A stretch of 64,000 nucleotides of DNA from an uncultured Geobacteraceae bacterium (GCA_964638305.1 CAZXBD010000202.1:14565-78564); one strand, 5' to 3'; numbered from the stretch's first letter, positions 49,546 through 62,101 are shown. Made by a program: numbers and translations. The notes: a model not told the origin generated them from the sequence alone.

Positions 49546-50342
49546 AGAAACCTTTTACAGGCGGAGTCTGATAGTTCGTCTTGCGAATAGAAGACTTGTT
49601 CGAGATAGAGACCGGAGGCCGGGGCTGTCCCCGGAGCAGCCTGGCGGTCCTTCACCGCCAGAATTCGAACCAAGTCTTCACGAGTGTAGCGTCCCTCTCC
49701 TACTTTGACCAGCGCACGGACAATATTGCGCACCATCTTATACAGAAACCCGTCGGCACAGATATCGAAAGTAATCGTTGGCAGCTCATGGGTGAGTGCG
49801 GCCCCGATTACGGTGCGGCAGGTCGATTTCTGTTTGAAGTTTGTCTTCGTTGCAAAAGAAGCAAAATCCTGTTCACCAACGAAAATCGAGCAAGCGGCAC
49901 TCATCGCCTGTACATCCAGAGGATCCTTTACATGCCAGACCCTGCCATCGAGCTCTGCAGGCAGCTTGCGGTCATTCCAGATGACGTATCGATAATGCTT
50001 GGCGATAGCTGAGTTGCAGGCATGAAAGTCACTTGGGGCACACTTCACACCGATGATCCGCACCTCCGGCGGCAAAAACTGGTCGAGTTTTTCCTTGATA
50101 AGAGCGGGCTGTGTTTCTGCTGGGAGCTGAATACTTGCCACCTGACCATGGGCATGAGTGCCACGATCCGTACGACCGGAGCCTTGTGCCGCAACCCGGA
50201 TATCGAAGGCCTTCGTCACAGCCTGTTCAAGGACGAGTTGAACGGTCGGCTTATCGCCATGACGCTGCCAACCAAGAAAAGCCCGGCCATCGTAGGAAAG
50301 GGTTATTTGATAGTTAGACAGCAGAGGAGTCGAAGTGGCCAT
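49542..50342 (-). CDS. truA: tRNA pseudouridine(38-40) synthase
   Basis: Motifs YDGRAFLGWQ, GRTDRGTHA, FLYKMVR and TAPASGL. Confidence 0.93.
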   Translation of the reverse strand: MATSTPLLSNYQITLSYDGRAFLGWQRHGDKPTVQLVLEQAVTKAFDIRVAAQGSGRTDRGTHAHGQVASIQLPAETQPALIKEKLDQFLPPEVRIIGVKCAPSDFHACNSAIAKHYRYVIWNDRKLPAELDGRVWHVKDPLDVQAMSAACSIFVGEQDFASFATKTNFKQKSTCRTVIGAALTHELPTITFDICADGFLYKMVRNIVRALVKVGEGRYTREDLVRILAVKDRQAAPGTAPASGLYLEQVFYSQDELSDSACKRFL

Positions 50343-50489
50343 AGGTAAAATAAAGGCTCTTTAAATCTTAAATTGACAGTTGCTCTCTTCTACAGCATGC
50401 CCAAGACAAGGTCAAACCAAAAGACCTGCAGGTGTCTCGCGACGCAAGCATTTACTTACGACCAGTTTATTGTCAGCTCAACAGGGAGC

Positions 50490-51644
50490 TCAAATAAACT
50501 GCTTCATCATTTCTGCCGTAAAATTTTCTATATTGTCCAACGTGACATGGTGTGCTTTACATGCTTTTTCAGCATGTTTCCTCAGCTCCAGGTCATGCAA
50601 ATTCTCCAGCCTCGAAAAAATGCCTGTACGTCTGCCGACCATGTAAACAAGCTGTTCTTCAGGCGGCATAGCAAGAAAGGTCCTGATGGGTGCCGTCATC
50701 TGCTCCCGATCTTCCGGCAATCGGCCTTCCACCTCCTGGAATAAATTCAGGATATGGTCGCTTTTGACCGTGCTGGTAATGCCGTCGAGATTATCAAGCA
50801 AGAGCAGCAGTTCTTCAGCCATCCGCACATCTCCAAGCTTATTAAAGGTTCCGGACTGATAATCCTTGTGCAGTTCAACATTTTCCGGAACAGCCAAAGT
50901 TCTGATGCGAATAAAATCCGGATTGATTTGATTCAAGGCATCGGCTGTTTCCAGGGCGTTCGCTCGTGAGAATTGTGCCCCTCCAAGGCCGGGCATAAAA
51001 TATTCAGAGAGCTCAATATCGGCACGTTTCACTTTTAGGCCGGCAATAACTTGCGTCTCTTTATCGACACCTTTTTTCACGAAATCGAGCACCTCATCAC
51101 AAGCGGACTCCATGCCTATGTGGATCCTGTTCAACCCGGCCTCTGCTATGCGATGCATATCTTCGTCACTGATACGAGCGATGGTATGCGAGCGAGCGTA
51201 AGAAGTAATCCTCTCTACCTGTGGGAAGCATTTACGCACGTAATTGAGGATTTCTACGAGGTCATCGGGCTTGATGATCAGGGTGTTGGCGTCCTGAAGA
51301 AAGATCGACTTCATCCCCCCCCTCATCCAGGTCAATGCTGAGTGCAAGGCCATCTGCTCGTTTTCCGACTGTCCGGCTATGAGGTCCATGTACTGCCGAT
51401 CTGTTGCACCTCCAGGTTGGTCCATGATTATCTGGATTTCATTGAGATAATGTCGAATCGTGTCAATGTCCTTAACGATGTGACTTACCGGGCGGATGCT
51501 GAATTTTTTTCCTTTGTATAGACCGCAGAAGGTGCACTTGTTCCATGGGCAATTTCTCGTAATTCTAAGCATTAAACTTTGGGCTTCACTTGGTGGTCGA
51601 ATCGGCCTGACTTCAAACCCTGTGTAGTCTTCAACTGCCTTCAT
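50490..51644 (-). CDS. radical SAM protein of unknown function
   Basis: IRPPSEAQS, CPWNKCTFC and SDHILN. Confidence 0.9.
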   Translation of the reverse strand: MKAVEDYTGFEVRPIRPPSEAQSLMLRITRNCPWNKCTFCGLYKGKKFSIRPVSHIVKDIDTIRHYLNEIQIIMDQPGGATDRQYMDLIAGQSENEQMALHSALTWMRGGMKSIFLQDANTLIIKPDDLVEILNYVRKCFPQVERITSYARSHTIARISDEDMHRIAEAGLNRIHIGMESACDEVLDFVKKGVDKETQVIAGLKVKRADIELSEYFMPGLGGAQFSRANALETADALNQINPDFIRIRTLAVPENVELHKDYQSGTFNKLGDVRMAEELLLLLDNLDGITSTVKSDHILNLFQEVEGRLPEDREQMTAPIRTFLAMPPEEQLVYMVGRRTGIFSRLENLHDLELRKHAEKACKAHHVTLDNIENFTAEMMKQFI

Positions 51645-51735
51645 CTCTGCACACCTTATTGTTTAGTTAGGTCCGTTTATTAAACCGTGTGAGAATAATC
51701 AGTAGGGCATATCATGATAAGGCCCCGACATAGAA

Positions 51736-51765
51736 AAGAGGCGGCCCTTCCCGGAACCGCCTCTT
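51736..51765. terminator. hairpin or terminator
   Basis: AAGAGGCGG-N12-CCGCCTCTT. Confidence 0.55.
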
Positions 51766-51954
51766 AATATTACGACATTACATTTCTGTTGAGTAATTTT
51801 GTTTGATAAAAAATTCAGAATGTAAAGTTTCCCGAATAAATTATACCCTATGGAAAATTTTAGGCCTTTTCGTTCTCTGCTGGTTATTTAATATGAATAC
51901 GCGCAGAGGTGAATGAGGAGAAGAGATGGGAGTATCATGTAAAGGACCCTTACA

Positions 51955-51988
51955 AAAAAGAAATGGCCACCCATTCTCTGGTGGCCAT
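51955..51988 (-). terminator. intrinsic terminator (ATGGCCAC/GTGGCCAT hairpin family)
   Basis: ATGGCCAC-N10-GTGGCCAT with a T-tract on the minus strand, downstream of the REC-PilZ gene. Confidence 0.65.
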
Positions 51989-52035
51989 AATCATGAAATT
52001 TAAAAAACCTCCTCCATCAACGAAAGGTTCAATGT

Positions 52036-52767
52036 TCAATCAAGAGACGTTTTAGTTCTCACAAATGCCTGGATGGCAAGTATGTCCAGTTTTTTGATGT
52101 CAACAAATTCAAGGCCCACCCCCTGGGTCTCGTAAGTCTTAAAATTACCCTCGCAATTGACCCAGGAGACCCGGCCTTTACATACTATCGAGGCCTTCTC
52201 CTGATTGAGTTGAAACTCCAGGTTAAGCTCAGTGTTCAAAGGGAAGAACTCGGCTGTTTCCAGGAAAACGCCACCCACAGATATATCAAGGAGAGAGCCC
52301 GTAAACGGTTTTTCAGGAACGACATGAAACTTGGTCACAGCTCCGAGCTCAACTCTTTTTCCCGACCATCCGGGGAGGTTGAGATATTTTTCATTTATAT
52401 CCCGTACATGTTCCATCGTCAGAGGTTTTTGAAAAACCTGATCACACTTCGCGGCCAGACATCGTTCTATATCTCTCGGATTGTCGCTGCTCGTGATCAT
52501 GATAACGGGTATTGATCTCAGAACAGTGGAACTCTTGATTTGCTTGCAGGCTTCATCTCCGTTACAGCCAGGCATATAAAGATCCATCAATACCAGGTTT
52601 GGTTTGTGTTCCTTTACCAACTCTACGGCTTCATGCCCGTCTTGAGCGACTAAAATGTCGACTTGATGACGACGAAAAAGGTCTTTAGCCAATCTTATAA
52701 ACAGGGGTGTATCGTCGGCCAAGAGGACAGTTTTCGAATACATGGAAAGGATATTCTTAGTATACAT
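52036..52767 (-). CDS. response regulator receiver + PilZ protein
   Basis: Receiver motifs LLADD, LMDLYMP and KP, and PilZ DISVGGVFL. The start is 52767 or 52743. Confidence 0.88.
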   Translation of the reverse strand: MYTKNILSMYSKTVLLADDTPLFIRLAKDLFRRHQVDILVAQDGHEAVELVKEHKPNLVLMDLYMPGCNGDEACKQIKSSTVLRSIPVIMITSSDNPRDIERCLAAKCDQVFQKPLTMEHVRDINEKYLNLPGWSGKRVELGAVTKFHVVPEKPFTGSLLDISVGGVFLETAEFFPLNTELNLEFQLNQEKASIVCKGRVSWVNCEGNFKTYETQGVGLEFVDIKKLDILAIQAFVRTKTSLD

Positions 52768-52892
52768 AACACAAACCTTCATGTGGACTGACAACACTGG
52801 TGGCCAGCGACAACGCCAACACAAAATTTGATCAGAATCTTCCGCTGAAGCTAAGGGGAACCTCACGGAAGACAGAAACCAAGGCGACCGCA

Positions 52893-52920
52893 ATTATACC
52901 TAATTACGAGTTGACGTCAA
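52893..52920 (-). promoter_or_regulatory. sigma70 promoter
   Basis: TTGACG-N16-TATAAT on the minus strand. Confidence 0.55.
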
Positions 52921-53046
52921 AGAGAACAATATTCTTATTCACGCGCTGACATCTCTTGTAGAGTTAAACCGGCAAAAGCTCATACTGACAAAAACCCAGG
53001 GGGTTTGGAGCTGAGCATCGACCACTTTCTCAGGCACACCTACCCA

Positions 53047-53454
53047 TCAACCGAAAGCAGCAACCTGTTCACAGAACTCTGTGCTAAGCCGTCGCGGTTT
53101 GCGCTTCTCATAATCGAAGCAAATCAGTGCCGTCTCCCCTTCTGCTGTAGCTTTGCCAGCACGCTCAATCCGGTACACCATAGTAAATGATGAACGACCG
53201 ACACTCGTAATCCTGGCACCAATCACCAGCTCATCGCCGAGAAACATCTCGGCCAGATATTTGACATGGGCTTCCGGGAGAATGATGCCGCAACCGTTGC
53301 CGATATCAAGTTCAGAGTAACCACCAAGCTTTTTCAGATAAGCGATGCGTGCATCCTGAAAGAAATTCAGGACCGCCGAGTTTGCAACATGAGCACCGTA
53401 ATTTACATCAGCAACCCGCACGGTATAGGGGATGGTGAAATTAAACCCTTCCAT
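53047..53454 (-). CDS. acyl-CoA thioesterase (hotdog fold)
   Basis: VRVADVNYGAHVAN...FFQDAR. Confidence 0.88.
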   Translation of the reverse strand: MEGFNFTIPYTVRVADVNYGAHVANSAVLNFFQDARIAYLKKLGGYSELDIGNGCGIILPEAHVKYLAEMFLGDELVIGARITSVGRSSFTMVYRIERAGKATAEGETALICFDYEKRKPRRLSTEFCEQVAAFG

Positions 53455-53496
53455 GTTGACTCCGCCTTTCATCGTTGTTTGTATGAAACAGGCTGT

Positions 53497-54312
53497 TTAT
53501 TTCTGACAACCGGGGCAGTAGAAAGTTGACCTTTGACCCAGCCTGACCTGTTTTATAAGCATATCGCAAGAGGGGCACTTCTGCCCTGCCCGCCCGTAAA
53601 CTCGTAATTTCTGAGTAAAATAGCCGGGCTTCCCATCACTGTTTGAGAAATCTCGTATCGTGGTGCCACCGGCGGCAATTGCCTCGTTTAGAACAATCTG
53701 AACCTTATCAACCAGGCGTTTATAAGCCGCCTTACCGACCTTGCCCGCCGTCCGGTTTGGAGCAATACGTGCACGGAAGAGCACTTCACTGGCATAGATG
53801 TTACCGACGCCAACCACAACGTGAGCATCCATCAGAAAGGGCTTCACAGCAATTTTGCGCTGACGGGAGGCACTGTAGAGGTAAGACGCGTTGAATTCGG
53901 TGCTGAAAGGCTCTGGTCCCAGGGAAGCGAGGCGGACATGTTTCAGGGGGTTCTCATCAGTCCACAAGATCGACCCGAAACGCCGTGGATCATTGTAGCG
54001 CAAGATCGTTCCATCAGTAAAAATGATCTCAAAATGGTCGTGCTTACGCCTTTCCGTCCGAGTTTCATCGACTCGCAAATGTCCTGTCATGCCGAGGTGG
54101 ACGATCATGGTCCCTGAGTCAAAGGAGAAAAGAAGATATTTTGAACGACGGGAAACACGGCCGCTTTTCTGCCCGGGCAAGACCTTGACCAACTCCCCTG
54201 AAATCGGCCAACGCAACGAAGAGTTATGAATCAGGACCTGGTCCACAACCTTGTCGTCAACCAGAGGTTCAATCCCCCGACGAGTGGTTTCTACTTCCGG
54301 CAGTTCAGGCAT
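53497..54312 (-). CDS. mutM: formamidopyrimidine-DNA glycosylase
   Basis: Motifs MPELPEVE, HLGMTG, DPRRFG, GVGNIY and a C-terminal Zn finger. Confidence 0.97.
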   Translation of the reverse strand: MPELPEVETTRRGIEPLVDDKVVDQVLIHNSSLRWPISGELVKVLPGQKSGRVSRRSKYLLFSFDSGTMIVHLGMTGHLRVDETRTERRKHDHFEIIFTDGTILRYNDPRRFGSILWTDENPLKHVRLASLGPEPFSTEFNASYLYSASRQRKIAVKPFLMDAHVVVGVGNIYASEVLFRARIAPNRTAGKVGKAAYKRLVDKVQIVLNEAIAAGGTTIRDFSNSDGKPGYFTQKLRVYGRAGQKCPSCDMLIKQVRLGQRSTFYCPGCQK

Positions 54313-54366
54313 GGGACAAAGCAGCAGATGGAGAGGGGCACAAAGTGCGAGAATCGAAGAGAACCA

Positions 54367-54837
54367 TCACAAGTAGATTCCTGCCATGAGACCTGACAGA
54401 TATGCATCCACATCAGGAGCCCCCTCCTCAGGAGCCCAGGGGGCAAAGTCCTTATCGCTCAAAGCTTCGTATGGTCCAGGTTTTGTTTCAAAAAAAACAG
54501 AGCCGGGTTCGAGGGCAATCAACGTATGCCATTGCCCGGCCGGCAGATCAATTGCCACCACGTCGCAACCTTCACCGAAAGGGATAATCTGTTCAACTTC
54601 ACCGCTGTCATCAAAGGCAATCAGTGCCATTTTGCCCTGCACGGCCATGAAACATTCAGGCTTCGGGGGATCGATGTGACGATGCGGTCGGATGTAGGTG
54701 CCGGGTTCCATAGCATTGAATAATCGCTGGCAGCTATCGGCATAGTCATCGTGCATGTTGAGGTTTTTACGCAGGCGGTCCGTTCCGGCAGCTTCGCGGC
54801 TTAATTGATCCAGAACGTCACGTGTAATGATTTTCAA
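54367..54837 (-). CDS. WbuC-family cupin
   Basis: Motifs RLRKNLNMH, QRLFNAMEPGTYIRPHRH and ETKPGPY. TTG start after GAGG. Confidence 0.85.
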   Translation of the reverse strand: MKIITRDVLDQLSREAAGTDRLRKNLNMHDDYADSCQRLFNAMEPGTYIRPHRHIDPPKPECFMAVQGKMALIAFDDSGEVEQIIPFGEGCDVVAIDLPAGQWHTLIALEPGSVFFETKPGPYEALSDKDFAPWAPEEGAPDVDAYLSGLMAGIYL

Positions 54838-54847
54838 CTGCACCTCT

Positions 54848-55279
54848 TTAGAAAATCGTTGAAGGGTCACGCCCGGAGAAATCGGCGATACGCAGGGATT
54901 CCGGCTTCTCAGGTAACTCATCGTGAGTAATCTTTTGCCCACGGTGATAACACCAGGCATCGTTCTCTTGTTGCAGCCAGGCGAGCTCGGCAAATTTCTG
55001 TACATCGCCACGGACTTTCATCTCTATCAGGAAAACCACCTGGGCCTCTCCATCACTCATTAAGGATTCCAGGACCTGACAGCTGGTTATCTGGTAGTCC
55101 TGACACAAACTCGCATTACCGAACTCAAGATATTCTCTACGCGCAACGAACTGTCGACGAAAGTTTGATTCAGAATGGTAGCTGTCAAAGATAAAACCGA
55201 AATCACCTCGAGCAAAAGCCTCGCTGCGAGCGAGGATAAGTTCTGATGGTGAATAGGCTGAGAGGTCTTTGTCGTTCAT
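54848..55279 (-). CDS. YchJ-like (NTF2-fold) protein
   Basis: PSELILARSEAF, SYH, QVVF, and E...W.Y..G. Confidence 0.75.
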   Translation of the reverse strand: MNDKDLSAYSPSELILARSEAFARGDFGFIFDSYHSESNFRRQFVARREYLEFGNASLCQDYQITSCQVLESLMSDGEAQVVFLIEMKVRGDVQKFAELAWLQQENDAWCYHRGQKITHDELPEKPESLRIADFSGRDPSTIF

Positions 55280-55328
55280 ATCAGAAAGCTCGGCACAGGA
55301 AAGATGATAAGGCTTTAGAGCTTTGCAA

Positions 55329-56171
55329 CTAGTCTTTGATCCTCGGGTCCATGGCGTCACGAATCCCCTCGCCCAGAAGGTTGTAACCCAAAACTGTCAA
55401 CAGGATCGCCAGGCCGGGAAAAACCGAGAGCCACCAGGCGGTCCCCAGGGTCTGTTTGCCGGCAATCAGCATATTACCCCAGGAGGGAGTGGGCGGCTGC
55501 ACACCAATGCCGAGAAAAGAGAGGGCGCTTTCTGTAAGGATCGCGCCGGCCACGCCGAGGGTTGCCGAAACCAGCACCGGAGACATTGCGTTAGGTAGAA
55601 TATGACGAAAAATAATCCGGGCATCATGCGCACCGATAGCATGTGCGGCAACAACGAAATCACGTTCCCGCAAGGAGAGAAATTCCGCACGCACCAGACG
55701 CGCCACTCCCATCCAGCTGGTTAGACCGATGATTATCATGATGTTCCAGATCGAGGGGTTCAAAAAAGCAATGACAGCAAGAATCAGAAAAAACGCTGGG
55801 AAGCAAAGCATGATATCGACAAAACGCATTATCAGGGAGTCGATCCAACGCCCATAATACCCAGCCATCGCCCCGAGCAGGATGCCGATAAAGGTAGCGA
55901 TACCAACGGCGACAAAACCGACCAGCAGCGAGATCCTCGCACCATAAAGAATTCGGACCAGGACATCCCTGCCGAGGTCATCTGTACCAAGGGGATAGTC
56001 AAAGCCGGGAGGTTGCAGCCGGTGAGCGATATCAATAGCACCAGGGTCGCGACCTACCACAGGTGCCAGCATCGCGAGCACAAACATAATCAGCACAATT
56101 GCCGCACCAGCCATGGCCATACGGTTGTGTCTTAAACGTTGCCAGAGAACTTCCCGAAAAAAAGCAGCCAT
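55329..56171 (-). CDS. peptide/nickel ABC transporter permease (DppC/OppC)
   Basis: Motifs LGTDDLGRD, the EAA-like region, ESALSFLG and GEGIRDA. Confidence 0.93.
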   Translation of the reverse strand: MAAFFREVLWQRLRHNRMAMAGAAIVLIMFVLAMLAPVVGRDPGAIDIAHRLQPPGFDYPLGTDDLGRDVLVRILYGARISLLVGFVAVGIATFIGILLGAMAGYYGRWIDSLIMRFVDIMLCFPAFFLILAVIAFLNPSIWNIMIIIGLTSWMGVARLVRAEFLSLRERDFVVAAHAIGAHDARIIFRHILPNAMSPVLVSATLGVAGAILTESALSFLGIGVQPPTPSWGNMLIAGKQTLGTAWWLSVFPGLAILLTVLGYNLLGEGIRDAMDPRIKD

Positions 56172-56383
56172 TGAACCCTCAAAATACGATGTGACGATTG
56201 GTCATGTTTCTACTGCGCACCCGGAAATCACATCAACCCACCTGAATCTTTTTGATCGATCACGTCTCTCTTCAGAAGCAGGCGCATCAATTGGCCAGGG
56301 CTGTTTCCTGAAGGACAAGGTTTCGAGCATGATTCCCTATCAACACTCTGACGAGCATTCTAACATACTGCCTGTTCAAACAG

Positions 56384-56412
56384 GAAACGGGACCAGATTA
56401 TGGTCCCGTTTC
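56384..56412 (-). terminator. hairpin terminator after the OmpA gene
   Basis: GAAACGGGACCA-GATTA-TGGTCCCGTTTC. Confidence 0.7.
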
Positions 56413-56468
56413 TCAACTGGCAACTTCATCCTCTCCACAAGAAAGAACGTTTCCTCGTTCTTTCAGGA

Positions 56469-57641
56469 TCAGGGTCGGATGCTTATCTCCACACGACGGT
56501 TCTTCACGCGCTCCTCTTCTGTCGCATTACCCGCAACAGGTTGAGTGGGTCCGAAACCGGTTGAACGGATACGACTTGCAGAAACACCATACTTGTCGAT
56601 CAGAACCTTCGAAACACTGTCAGCGCGGCGTTGCGAGAGGGCCTGGTTGTAATCCGCGGAGCCTTGGTCGTCGGTATGCCCTTCGACAACAACCTTGTAC
56701 ATCGGATATTTTTCGATAAATTCAGAAGCTTTTTGCAGTTCCGCATAATGGAAAGGTGTTACTTGTGATTTGTCGAAACCGAACAGGATGTCAAGAGTCA
56801 TGGAAGCCACTTCCATGACACCCTTTGGGCAACCATACTGGTCGACCTCGGTACCGGTTGGGGTATCAATACAGGCGTCCTGAAAATCAAAAACACCGTC
56901 ACCATCCGTATCAGCAGAACAGCCGTCGCCATTAACACGAACACCGGGAGCAGTTCCCGGGCACTTGTCCTGAGGATCGAGCACGCCATCACCGTCGCTA
57001 TCAACAGGAGCCTTCTCTTCTTCTATAGCCATCGGTGCCGGTGCTGTTTCCTGCTTGACAGATGCAGGCGCGCCACCGAACTGGAAGGTCAGTCCAGCCA
57101 TAGCCTGAAAGTGGTGTCTCCAATCCGTATCATCATGCTTTGAACCGCGGTTGTCACTTCGATAATCAAGAAGGTGACGGGCATCGAGGCGGAAATCGAC
57201 CGAGTCGCTTAATGCATATTTGATCCCACCGCCATAGTAACCGAACCCGTCTTCATCATCTGAAGAAGTATTCTCTATATCGTAGACCATGAGACCGGCG
57301 CCAAAGGACAAGTAGGGATTGAGGACCGCTTCCGGCTTGAAATGATAAAGAGCACCAAGGCTGAAAGTCCAGATATCAATATCTATTGAATTGGAACTAT
57401 CGGTCTCTGTCGATGTGTACCTGACATCCGTTTCAACAGCCCACGTTGGTGACAGATTGAAACCAAGACCTAAACCAAAGACCGCAGCGTCGTCAAGATC
57501 CATCCCCCCATCTATTACGTGGTAACCAACGGAAGGCGTCACGTTAACGGTACCAGCCTGACGCTCCGCAAGAGCAATACCCCCGAGAAACAAGCTGCAG
57601 ATAGTAGTCAACAGCAAAAGATTAAAGATTGAACGATACAT
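56469..57641 (-). CDS. OmpA/OprF-like outer membrane protein (beta-barrel, TSP3-like Ca repeats, peptidoglycan-binding domain)
   Basis: Signal peptide, DSDGDGVLD..DKCP and DTDGDGVFD..DAC, then EGHTD, LSQRRA and NRRV. Confidence 0.93.
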   Translation of the reverse strand: MYRSIFNLLLLTTICSLFLGGIALAERQAGTVNVTPSVGYHVIDGGMDLDDAAVFGLGLGFNLSPTWAVETDVRYTSTETDSSNSIDIDIWTFSLGALYHFKPEAVLNPYLSFGAGLMVYDIENTSSDDEDGFGYYGGGIKYALSDSVDFRLDARHLLDYRSDNRGSKHDDTDWRHHFQAMAGLTFQFGGAPASVKQETAPAPMAIEEEKAPVDSDGDGVLDPQDKCPGTAPGVRVNGDGCSADTDGDGVFDFQDACIDTPTGTEVDQYGCPKGVMEVASMTLDILFGFDKSQVTPFHYAELQKASEFIEKYPMYKVVVEGHTDDQGSADYNQALSQRRADSVSKVLIDKYGVSASRIRSTGFGPTQPVAGNATEEERVKNRRVEISIRP

Positions 57642-57754
57642 TAAGAAACCTCCCTGTAAAAGACTGAACACCAATACATAAAATCGGGCGCAGTATAAAC
57701 TGTAAAAACCATTTCATAAAAGAAAATAATAACTTAGCAAAAAAACATTCAGAA

Positions 57755-59089
57755 TCAACGTCGTCCAATACCGAAATACTCAAAACCATCTTCGTGCAAA
57801 CTCATCGGATCATACTGGTTGCGACCATCAAAAATAATTTGTTGCTTCATCATTTCTTTCATGGCACGAAAATCCGGATGCCGGAACGGTTTCCACTCCG
57901 TAACCAGTGCGAGGGCATCGACCTGCTCGAGAGCTTCATATTGATGACGAACGAGCGTCACAGACCCGCTTTCAAACCAGTGCGTCGGCAACTCAGATCG
58001 AGCAGCTTCGAGGGCTTCTGGATCGTAAGCCTTGATCTTTGCGCCAGCTGCAACCAGTTCCTCCATAAGAACAATTGCCGGGGCCTCGCGGATATCATCT
58101 GTGCCCGGCTTGAACGCCAATCCCCACAAGCCAAAAGTCAGACCGGTGAGATCGGCACCGAAGCGTGCCTTGACCTTGCGAAAGAGGACATGTTTCTGAT
58201 CTTCGTTGCGTTCGTGCACCGCCTGCAGAACCATCGAGTGATAGTCGTTTTCACTGGCGGTATGAATGAGTGCGCGAACATCCTTGGGAAAACATGAACC
58301 GCCGTAACCGCAACCGGGATAGATGAAAGAGTAGCCGATACGGCTGTCGGAGCCGATTCCGAGCCGTACATTTTCCACGTCGACACCAAGCCGGTCACAC
58401 AGGTTTGCGACTTCGTTCATAAACGATATCTTGGTCGCCAGCATGGCGTTGCCGGCGTATTTGGTCATCTCCGCGTCCTTGACCCCCATAAAAATGATAC
58501 GATCGTGGTTGCGGCTGAAATCTTTATAGAGCTCACGCATGACCTCACGGGCCTGATCAGAATCGACCCCGACAACGATACGGTCGGGTTTCATGAAATC
58601 TTCAACAGCAGCACCCTCCTTGAGGAATTCCGGGTTGCTGACTACGTCGAATGGAACATCGTGGCCGCGTGTTTCCATCTTCCGGGAAACTGCGGCCTTG
58701 ACCTTCTCCGCAGTACCAACCGGTACCGTTGATTTGGTTACAACGACGGCATATTCGGAAAGATTGGCACCGACTTCACTGGCGACGTCCAGTACATGCT
58801 TTAAATCGGCAGACCCGTCCTCACCTGGAGGGGTTCCGACAGCAATGAAGATAATATCTGTATTCGACACCGCTTCCGCGAGTGATGTGGTAAAGAGCAA
58901 ACGTCCTTCCTCACTATTACGCAACACGATCTGCTTAAGACCTGGCTCATAGATCGGCATCCAGCCTTCTTTGAGTTTGGCGACTTTCTCAGCATCGATA
59001 TCGACACAGGTCACACGATGACCCATTTCTGCAAAACAGGCACCGGTCACAAGACCGACATATCCGGTTCCAACAACAGCAAGATTCAT
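57755..59089 (-). CDS. ugd: UDP-glucose 6-dehydrogenase
   Basis: Motifs GTGYVG, KSTVP, NPEFL, GGSCFPKD and FKPGTDD. Confidence 0.95.
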   Translation of the reverse strand: MNLAVVGTGYVGLVTGACFAEMGHRVTCVDIDAEKVAKLKEGWMPIYEPGLKQIVLRNSEEGRLLFTTSLAEAVSNTDIIFIAVGTPPGEDGSADLKHVLDVASEVGANLSEYAVVVTKSTVPVGTAEKVKAAVSRKMETRGHDVPFDVVSNPEFLKEGAAVEDFMKPDRIVVGVDSDQAREVMRELYKDFSRNHDRIIFMGVKDAEMTKYAGNAMLATKISFMNEVANLCDRLGVDVENVRLGIGSDSRIGYSFIYPGCGYGGSCFPKDVRALIHTASENDYHSMVLQAVHERNEDQKHVLFRKVKARFGADLTGLTFGLWGLAFKPGTDDIREAPAIVLMEELVAAGAKIKAYDPEALEAARSELPTHWFESGSVTLVRHQYEALEQVDALALVTEWKPFRHPDFRAMKEMMKQQIIFDGRNQYDPMSLHEDGFEYFGIGRR

Positions 59090-59195
59090 AAAACCTCCGA
59101 ACTGCGAAACGCTAATAGCGAAGCGCGATAAATAATCAGACAAATAATTCTGTCGAACAACCTGCGACAGAGGAATATAAGCCTTTTCGAACCTC

Positions 59196-61087
<1,892 letters not shown>

Positions 61088-61095
<8 letters not shown>

Positions 61096-62101
61096 GAAGC
61101 CCTCCCTGGGCCGACAGGTCAGTGAATGGCAGATCCTGACCGGACATGCGCAAACAACCTCGTATGACAGTTCTATCAGTCTGCAGTCGAACCGCAGGAC
61201 GCGATTTTTCCAGCCATTTACGATTCTCACCACGATGTCCGAGGACATCGCTCAAGTCATCGGGGTGAACAGTAAGCTGCGTCTCATGGGAACTCGCATG
61301 CAGCAGCGCGCGACACCAGAGCCTTGAACGCACCAATTGCCCGAAGGCCGGATGATAAGGCCCGGCCAGCAAATTTTCTTCCAGCTGCGGATCAGGTTGT
61401 AGCCCCAGGCGAATGGCCGGAATATCCGCTCGATGACAACGGTACAGCATATCAGCGCAGACTTCGACCATGGCATCGAGTGTCCAGGGTTCGTAATGAC
61501 CTGATTTCCAGACCTCCGCTAACCCGGTCCCGGCAATCACTAAAGCCGGATAGATTCTCACAAAAGAGGGTTGGAGCTCCAGTGCATCATGTAATGACAT
61601 CATCGCTTCTTGAGCGTCACCGCCAGGCAAGCCCGGCATTAGCTGAACTCCGACCTTCATTCCAGCATTGCGGCAACGTTGGATCGATGCAACATTGTCT
61701 GCAGCAAGATGTCCGCGTTCGGACGCTGCCAGAACAGCATTGTCAAAACTCTGGCAGCCGATCTCCACTGTGGTCACACCGGAAGCTTTCAGCCTTGTGA
61801 CACTTTTCTCTTCAAGTGCGTCCGGACGGGTTGAAATTCGTATCCCACCAACGCGACCGGAGGCAATATAGTGTCGCGCGGTCGACAGAAAGGCCTCCTG
61901 TTGCACAACAGGCAACATCGAGAAGGAACCGCCATAAAATGCGATTTCGCCATCACCCTGAAGCGGCAGGACTCTGTCGAGCCAGGCATCAACATCTTGC
62001 ACTTCTGGAAAAGTGGAGTTGGAGGTGGACCTGTCTTGGGCGCAGAAAAGACAACGATGCGGGCAGCCTGCATGGGGAATAAATACCGGGTAAATCTTCA
62101 C
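61088..62101 (-). CDS. Elp3-like radical SAM protein
   Basis: PVFIPHAGCPHRCLFC, STRPD and AGPYHPAFG. It lies between rnc and era. Confidence 0.9.
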
